From assembly GCA_017857175.1 (NCBI GenBank), contig JAFMDS010000001.1:55088-119087 (forward strand): 64,000 nt of DNA, in the 5' to 3' direction. Positions 58,240 through 64,000 of the stretch are shown piece by piece; positions within the stretch are counted from its first letter, which is position 1, and every line of letters begins with the position of its first letter. The notes below the pieces were generated by a model, which had not been told where the DNA came from, made no database searches, and saw only the letters and a program-made list of their open reading frames with translations. The translations under genes were made by a program, and so were the position numbers. This DNA comes from Candidatus Nanopelagicales bacterium (GTDB lineage Bacteria > Actinomycetota > Actinomycetes > S36-B12).

Positions 58240-59460
58240 TTGAACAGACCCCCTTCTAATCTGATCCGTGTTGCCATATTGGGCAGCACTGGGTCCATTG
58301 GAACCCAAGCACTGGACATCATTCGACGCAATCCATCGATGTTTACAGTGATGGGATTGAGTGCATCTGGTAACAATCCGGATCTCTATGCTCAACAAAT
58401 CCTTGAATTTCTGCCAGACGTTTTCGGTGTTAGCCGAGGCACGTGCGCACAGGACATTCAGATGCGGGTTTTCGCGGGCGCCCAGGAAGCAGGTTTCGCG
58501 GTTGGCGATTCACGAATCCCTGAAATGGTCGTTGGTCCCGATGCGTCAGCCCAAGTAGCATCACTTGGTGCCGACGTCGTTCTTAACGGAATTGCTGGGG
58601 CAGCGGGCCTTGTTCCCACGCTTCGGGCGCTTGAATCGGGCTCTACGTTGGCGCTGGCCAACAAGGAGTCTTTGATCATCGGCGGTGATTTGGTCAAGCG
58701 GCTGGCAGAACCAGGGCAAATAGTTCCTGTTGACTCGGAACATTCTGCACTCGCCCAAGCGATGCTTGCCGGTACACATACAGAGGTCTCAAAATTGATT
58801 CTGACGGCCAGCGGTGGGCCTTTCAGGGGTTGGACTTTGGAGCAGTTGGCCTCCGTGACTGTTGCTCAAGCATTGGCGCATCCCACATGGAGCATGGGGC
58901 CATTAGTGACAATCAACTCAGCGACGATGGTTAACAAGGGTCTCGAAGTCATTGAGGCGCACCTACTATTTGACATTCCCTTTGATGACATCGAAGTCGT
59001 CATTCACCCGCAATCGGTAGTGCACTCAATGGTGGAATATGTGGATGGCTCAACCATCGCTCAAGCGAGCCCGCCTGATATGCGCATACCCATCGCGTGG
59101 GGGCTGGCGGCTCCCCATCGCATTGAGGGAGCGGCAGCCCCATGTGACTGGTCGCAAGCTGCAACCTGGGACTTCTTCCCCGTGGACAACGCAGCATTTC
59201 CGGCGGTTGACTTGGCCCGATCCGCAGGGGCTGCAGGAGGAACGGCACCCGCTGTTTTTAATGCTGCTGATGAAATCGCCGTAGAAGCGTTTCTTGACGG
59301 GGCCATCGGGTTCGTTGACATCGTACCCATGATCAATTCTGTACTAGGTCAACATCTGGAGTCAGCCCATGTGTCAGGGAACGGGCTTACACTGGAGAAC
59401 GTCCAAGATGCTGACGCATGGTCCCGCGCCCGAGTGCGCGAGATCATCGCAGCACAATGA
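58240..59460 (+). CDS. dxr: 1-deoxy-D-xylulose-5-phosphate reductoisomerase
   Basis: VAILGSTGSIGTQ, LANKESL, PVDSEHSA, HPTWSMG. Confidence 0.96.
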   Translation: MNRPPSNLIRVAILGSTGSIGTQALDIIRRNPSMFTVMGLSASGNNPDLYAQQILEFLPDVFGVSRGTCAQDIQMRVFAGAQEAGFAVGDSRIPEMVVGPDASAQVASLGADVVLNGIAGAAGLVPTLRALESGSTLALANKESLIIGGDLVKRLAEPGQIVPVDSEHSALAQAMLAGTHTEVSKLILTASGGPFRGWTLEQLASVTVAQALAHPTWSMGPLVTINSATMVNKGLEVIEAHLLFDIPFDDIEVVIHPQSVVHSMVEYVDGSTIAQASPPDMRIPIAWGLAAPHRIEGAAAPCDWSQAATWDFFPVDNAAFPAVDLARSAGAAGGTAPAVFNAADEIAVEAFLDGAIGFVDIVPMINSVLGQHLESAHVSGNGLTLENVQDADAWSRARVREIIAAQ

Positions 59461-59510
59461 AAATAGTCCCGTCCAACAGTGTGCTCATGCACGACGCGTG
59501 AAGAGGTGGT

Positions 59511-60839
59511 GTGCAGGTGCTCGAGGTGATTGGGATTATCTTGTTTGCGGCGCTCATCGGGCTCTCGATTGCACTCCATGAAATTGGGCACCTTGTGCCA
59601 GCAAAAAAGTTCGGAGTCCGCGTAACCGAGTACATGGTCGGTTTCGGTCCAACACTGTGGTCAAAGGTACGCGGGGAAACCCAATATGGCATCAAAGGAA
59701 TTCCTTTAGGCGGGTACATACGAATGATTGGCATGCTGCCGCCAGCGCCGGATGATCCAGAAGGTCGTTCACGGTCCATGTCCACCGGTCGATTTGCCAC
59801 AATGGTTGCGCAGGCTCGTGCAGCATCATTTGATGAAGTCGTACCTGGAGATGAAAACCGGATGTTTTACAAGCTCCCGGTGCACAGGCGAGTGATCATC
59901 ATGCTCGGCGGCCCAATCATGAACCTGCTCTTGGCATTTGTGCTCTTTGCCATCGTTCTTGTTGGCATTGGGCTTCCCAAACCATCACTTTCTGTCGCAG
60001 CGGTCATTCCCTGCACGCCCACAATGGAACAGCCCACGGGCCAACCACTGCCATCGGGCTTATGCCCCACTGGCACCCAGTCCACACCGGCGGCAATGGC
60101 GGGCCTTGAGGTGGATGACACAATCCTTGCCGTCGGTGACATATCCGTGGCCGATTGGGATGCAGCAACAACTTGGATTTCTCAGAATCCGGGTGTAAGA
60201 ACGAGTCTCGCGGTGGAGCGATCTGGTTCTGTAATCTCACTGCCCATTACCGTTGCTGAGGTCACTCGCCCTGAGTACGACATCAACGGCAGGGAAACGG
60301 GCGCGAGCCAGACCGTCGGTTTCTTGGGCGTTCGTCCTGGTTTCTATAACCAACGGGAATCAATTCTTGCTGTTCCCGGATTCATGTGGGATTTGACAGT
60401 GCGATCAGTTGAAGCCCTCATCTCGCTTCCCGTCAGGGTCTACGAATTAGTCACGGACACATTGATCGGTGGTCAGGAGCGTGCGATTGATGGACCGGTA
60501 TCTGTGGTGGGCGCGAGCCGACTGGGTGGAGAAATTGCAGCAATGGAATCACCCCTTAACTCAAAAATTGCGACATTCCTGGGGCTTGCGGCATCGCTCA
60601 ACCTGTTCCTCTTTTTGTTCAACCTACTCCCGGTCCTCCCTCTTGATGGAGGTCATGTAGCTGGTGCGCTCTATGAAGCATTAAAGCGTTTCTACGCACG
60701 ATTGCGCGGCAGACCCGACCCTGGTCCGGTGGACACGGCCCGCCTCTTACCGGTGGCCTACGTTGTGGCTGGGATCCTTCTTGCCATGGGGGTTATCGTG
60801 ATTTGGGCCGATTTGGTCAAGCCCATCTCGCTTGGATGA
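59511..60839 (+). CDS. rseP: M50-family site-2 (RIP) zinc metalloprotease, RseP/Rip1-like
   Basis: HEIGH in TM1, internal PDZ-like segment, [12 protein letters not shown]. Confidence 0.92.
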   Translation: MQVLEVIGIILFAALIGLSIALHEIGHLVPAKKFGVRVTEYMVGFGPTLWSKVRGETQYGIKGIPLGGYIRMIGMLPPAPDDPEGRSRSMSTGRFATMVAQARAASFDEVVPGDENRMFYKLPVHRRVIIMLGGPIMNLLLAFVLFAIVLVGIGLPKPSLSVAAVIPCTPTMEQPTGQPLPSGLCPTGTQSTPAAMAGLEVDDTILAVGDISVADWDAATTWISQNPGVRTSLAVERSGSVISLPITVAEVTRPEYDINGRETGASQTVGFLGVRPGFYNQRESILAVPGFMWDLTVRSVEALISLPVRVYELVTDTLIGGQERAIDGPVSVVGASRLGGEIAAMESPLNSKIATFLGLAASLNLFLFLFNLLPVLPLDGGHVAGALYEALKRFYARLRGRPDPGPVDTARLLPVAYVVAGILLAMGVIVIWADLVKPISLG

Positions 60840-62017
60840 TCCCAAGGACCAATAATGGTCCCGTGAGCATTGACTTAGGAATCCCTGCACCCCCACCACC
60901 CCTAGTCGCCCCGCGACGCAAGAGTCGGCAACTGATTCTCAAACATCACAGCAAGCCACTAGCAGTTGGTGGCGATGCTCCCGTGAGCGTGCAGTCCATG
61001 TGTACGACTTTGACCGCGGATGTCAATGCCACCCTTCAACAGATTGCAGAGCTCACGGCAACCGGTTGTCAGGCTGTGCGGGTGGCCGTACCAAGTCAAG
61101 ATGATGCGGATGCGCTGTCCCAGATTGCAAAGAAGAGTGGCATTCCGGTCATCGCAGATATTCATTTTCAACCTAAGTACGTTTTTGCGGCGATCGATGC
61201 AGGCTGTGCGGCGGTACGTGTCAACCCGGGAAACATCAAGAAATTCGATGACAAAGTGGGTGAGATCGCGAGGGCGGCCAATGACGCAGGCACACCGATT
61301 CGTATTGGTGTCAATGCTGGGTCACTCGATCCACGGTTGTTGGAAAAGTACGGCAAGGCCACACCTGAAGCACTTGTAGAGTCCGCGCTCTGGGAAGCAT
61401 CATTATTTGAAGAACATGGTTTCCAAGACATCAAGATTTCGGTCAAGCACCACGACCCGGTAATCATGATGTTGGCCTACATGCAGTTGGCGGAGCAATG
61501 TGATTACCCATTGCACTTGGGTGTCACTGAGGCTGGCCCTGCCTTCCAAGGAACGATCAAGTCGGCCGTAGCCTTCGGGGGATTGCTGTCTCGAGGCATC
61601 GGTGACACGATTCGTGTATCGCTGTCGGCACCTCCAGTCGAAGAAGTAAAGGTCGGCATTGGGATTTTGGAGTCTTTGAATCTACGTCAACGTGGACTCG
61701 AGATCGTTTCCTGTCCATCCTGTGGGCGTGCTCAGGTCGACGTCTACACCTTGGCGGAACAGGTGACTGCTGGCCTGGAAGGTCTTGAGGTGCCATTACG
61801 TGTAGCAGTCATGGGCTGTGTCGTTAACGGGCCAGGTGAAGCCCGCGAAGCGGATCTCGGCGTCGCATCGGGCAATGGCAAGGGGCAAATTTTTGTCCGT
61901 GGTGAAGTGATCAAGACAGTCCCGGAGGCTCAAATCGTGGAAACTCTCATCGAGGAAGCAATGAAACTCGCTGAGAATATGACAGACGAAGGTTCGCCAA
62001 CGGTCGTTACGGCGTAG
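60836..62017 (+). CDS. ispG: 4-hydroxy-3-methylbut-2-en-1-yl diphosphate synthase
   Basis: [36 protein letters not shown] overlap with the rseP stop (ATG 60836). Confidence 0.95.
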   Translation: MIPRTNNGPVSIDLGIPAPPPPLVAPRRKSRQLILKHHSKPLAVGGDAPVSVQSMCTTLTADVNATLQQIAELTATGCQAVRVAVPSQDDADALSQIAKKSGIPVIADIHFQPKYVFAAIDAGCAAVRVNPGNIKKFDDKVGEIARAANDAGTPIRIGVNAGSLDPRLLEKYGKATPEALVESALWEASLFEEHGFQDIKISVKHHDPVIMMLAYMQLAEQCDYPLHLGVTEAGPAFQGTIKSAVAFGGLLSRGIGDTIRVSLSAPPVEEVKVGIGILESLNLRQRGLEIVSCPSCGRAQVDVYTLAEQVTAGLEGLEVPLRVAVMGCVVNGPGEAREADLGVASGNGKGQIFVRGEVIKTVPEAQIVETLIEEAMKLAENMTDEGSPTVVTA

Positions 62018-62037
62018 TAGTCAGCAGTGAAGAACCC

Positions 62038-62919
62038 ATGACAATCTCTCAACAGCGACCTTCTGGGCTCCGTTCCGGAAACCATGTTGGATGGGTGAGC
62101 CCTGTCCGGGAGAGTCATTTACCGCAGGCTTGGGAATTGGCCCAACGAGATGCGGTTGTAAATGCCTTTGTGTTGAGTCGCATCGATGCTGCACGAAAGG
62201 ACATGTGGCGACTTGGTGGTGCGTTGCTTGGCTATTTCACGGAAGCAGGTCTTCACTCATTGCTTTATGTCGGTGCGAATATCGTGCCGGTTCAAACCAA
62301 CGATGTTTCCCGGACCCTTTTTGCGCAGGAACTCATAAGAAGTGGGCGCAGGAGTTCGTCGATGTTGGGAAATCGGCATGAGGTCCTTGGTCTGTGGAGT
62401 CAATTGGAAAAAATCTGGGGCTTGCCTCGTGAGGTCCGCGATTCTCAACCGCTTCTTGCACTTCAATCGCGAGCGACGGGACCTCGCGATGCTCGAGTGG
62501 CTCACGTGACAGAGGACCAGCTATCCCTGCTATTTCCCGCGAGTGTTCACATGTTCACTGAAGAAGTTGGTGTCTCGCCACTACTGCACGGTGGTGAGGA
62601 TCAGTACCGGCGAAGGGTGGCAGAAGTAATTGCGGAGCGCAAAGCATTTGCGGTAATAGAGGATTCGCGGGCTATTTTCAAGGCTGAAGTGGGATTCGCG
62701 ACCCGCGAAGTCGCTCAACTGCAGGGAGTGTGGGTAATCCCCGAGCTTCGTGGACAAGGGTTGGCAGCCCCTGCTCTGGCCTCTGTCGTGGACTTTGTCC
62801 AAGAGGAAATCGCGCCCAATGTGACCCTTTATGTCAATGACTTTAATCGTGCGGCGCGAAATGTGTATGCGCGAATCGGTTTTGATCAGGTTGGAGAGTT
62901 TGCAACCGTACTGTTCTAG
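62038..62919 (+). CDS. GNAT-family N-acetyltransferase with an N-terminal accessory domain
   Basis: 293 aa. C-terminal GNAT core QLQGVWVIPELRGQGLA...ARNVYARIGF. Conserved position after ispG in actinobacteria. Confidence 0.8.
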   Translation: MTISQQRPSGLRSGNHVGWVSPVRESHLPQAWELAQRDAVVNAFVLSRIDAARKDMWRLGGALLGYFTEAGLHSLLYVGANIVPVQTNDVSRTLFAQELIRSGRRSSSMLGNRHEVLGLWSQLEKIWGLPREVRDSQPLLALQSRATGPRDARVAHVTEDQLSLLFPASVHMFTEEVGVSPLLHGGEDQYRRRVAEVIAERKAFAVIEDSRAIFKAEVGFATREVAQLQGVWVIPELRGQGLAAPALASVVDFVQEEIAPNVTLYVNDFNRAARNVYARIGFDQVGEFATVLF

Positions 62920-63017
62920 ATGGGAATTCACTGCGCGAGGCGATCACTCGTCAAGACCAGCCCCACACTATTCTCTGACTACCCAAAGCTAGGTACCCAA
63001 ACACGAGTGAGGCAATT

Positions 63018-64000
63018 GTGATTTCGCGCATGTCAACCATGTTCCTTCGAACATTGCGCGATGATCCAGCCGATGCTGAAGTCCCTAGCCACAAATTGCT
63101 AGTCCGAGGTGGCTACGTTCGCAGAATTGCGCCTGGCGTTTTCTCTTGGCTTCCCTTGGGTTACAAAGTCTTTCGAAATGTGGAACGAATTGTGCGCGAG
63201 GAAATGGACAAGGCAGGATTCCAAGAGGTTCATTTTCCCTCTCTACTGCCGCGCGAGCCATATGAAACTACGGGGCGTTGGACCGAATATGGCGACAATG
63301 TCTTCCGCCTGAAGGATCGTAGGGACAACGATTACTTGCTCGGTCCAACACATGAAGAGATGTTTACCCTGATGGTCAAAGGGGAATTTTCATCGTATCG
63401 AGATTTGCCTTTATCGATCTATCAAATTCAAACCAAGTTCCGAGATGAAGCCCGACCACGAGCAGGGATTTTGCGGGGTCGCGAGTTCGTCATGAAAGAT
63501 TCCTATTCATTTGATGTGGATCACGAGGGTCTGGAAGCTTCTTATGAACGTCACCGCAAGGCATACATCTCGACTTTTGATCGCTTGAATTTGGATTACG
63601 TGATTGTCTCCGCCATGGCAGGTGCAATGGGTGGGTCGCGCAGTGAAGAGTTCTTGGCTTCAGCAGAAGTCGGTGAAGATACCTATGTGAAATGTTCATG
63701 CGGGTATGCAGCAAATGTGGAAGCACTGATTATTCCAATGGCTGAATTTGACCCCGAGCTCAACCTGAATGTGGACCTTCCAAGTTCACATGTGGAAGAT
63801 ACTCCTCAGACTCCGACAATTGATTCCCTTGTTGCAATGTCGAATGCGCGGACGGACCTTGCTCGACCAGATCGTGCTTGGCTTGCATCAGACACTTTGA
63901 AAAATTTGTTACTCATGGTCAGGGATGGAAGCGGCACTGACCGTCCGCTCGCTATTGGCGTGCCCGGTGATCGAGAGGTGGACATGCGTCGGCTTGAAGC
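63018..64000 (+). CDS. proS: prolyl-tRNA synthetase, N-terminal part; the 3' end lies outside the window
   Basis: Absent from the ORF track because there is no stop in the window. My translation from GTG 63018: [48 protein letters not shown]...[25 protein letters not shown] (class II motifs). Confidence 0.92.
   Translation, partial: MISRMSTMFLRTLRDDPADAEVPSHKLLVRGGYVRRIAPGVFSWLPLGYKVFRNVERIVREEMDKAGFQEVHFPSLLPREPYETTGRWTEYGDNVFRLKDRRDNDYLLGPTHEEMFTLMVKGEFSSYRDLPLSIYQIQTKFRDEARPRAGILRGREFVMKDSYSFDVDHEGLEASYERHRKAYISTFDRLNLDYVIVSAMAGAMGGSRSEEFLASAEVGEDTYVKCSCGYAANVEALIIPMAEFDPELNLNVDLPSSHVEDTPQTPTIDSLVAMSNARTDLARPDRAWLASDTLKNLLLMVRDGSGTDRPLAIGVPGDREVDMRRLE

Overview
This 64-kb window comes from a mid-GC Actinomycetota chromosome. 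Gene order and protein signatures suggest a Micrococcales/Microbacteriaceae-like actinobacterium, but the taxon is inference. The window has two parts. (1) A conserved actinobacterial housekeeping backbone, almost entirely on the + strand (one M23 peptidase gene is on the - strand). It runs mutM(partial)-smc-ftsY-amtB-glnK-glnD-ffh-rpsP-KH-rimM-trmD-rplS-lepB-lepB-rnhB-yraN-comM-dprA-xerC, then rpsB-tsf-pyrH-frr-cdsA-rlmN (1 to 26.4 kb). It resumes with dxr-rseP-ispG-GNAT-proS(partial) at 58.2 to 64 kb. (2) Between rlmN and dxr lies a ~31.8-kb mixed-strand block of about 30 genes for scavenging organic nitrogen. It holds a small K+ channel, a glutaryl-CoA transferase/dehydrogenase pair and a CDF-like transporter. 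It also holds an Lrp / class-III aminotransferase / PNPOx-like / FAD-oxidase operon with a divergent aminoaldehyde dehydrogenase. Next is an 8-gene operon for reductive pyrimidine (or hydantoin-like) catabolism that includes its own NMT1-type ABC importer and a Mer-like LLM oxidoreductase. Then come a MocR regulator, a second ALDH, potDABC, a second FAD oxidase, an arginase-family ureohydrolase, a saccharopine-dehydrogenase-like enzyme and gabT. The block ends with a tightly coupled pair of small His-rich proteins of unknown function. I saw no rRNA, tRNA, CRISPR, transposase or phage genes. The best leads are the pyrimidine operon, which lacks any recognisable dihydropyrimidine dehydrogenase and has an LLM enzyme in its place; the unassigned two-gene module at 57.46 to 58.2 kb; the Lrp-aminotransferase-PNPOx-FAD oxidase operon; glnD, which has no canonical start codon; and repeat operators upstream of amtB and the MocR gene. 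All calls rest on reading the supplied translations and the DNA by eye. No searches or computations were run.
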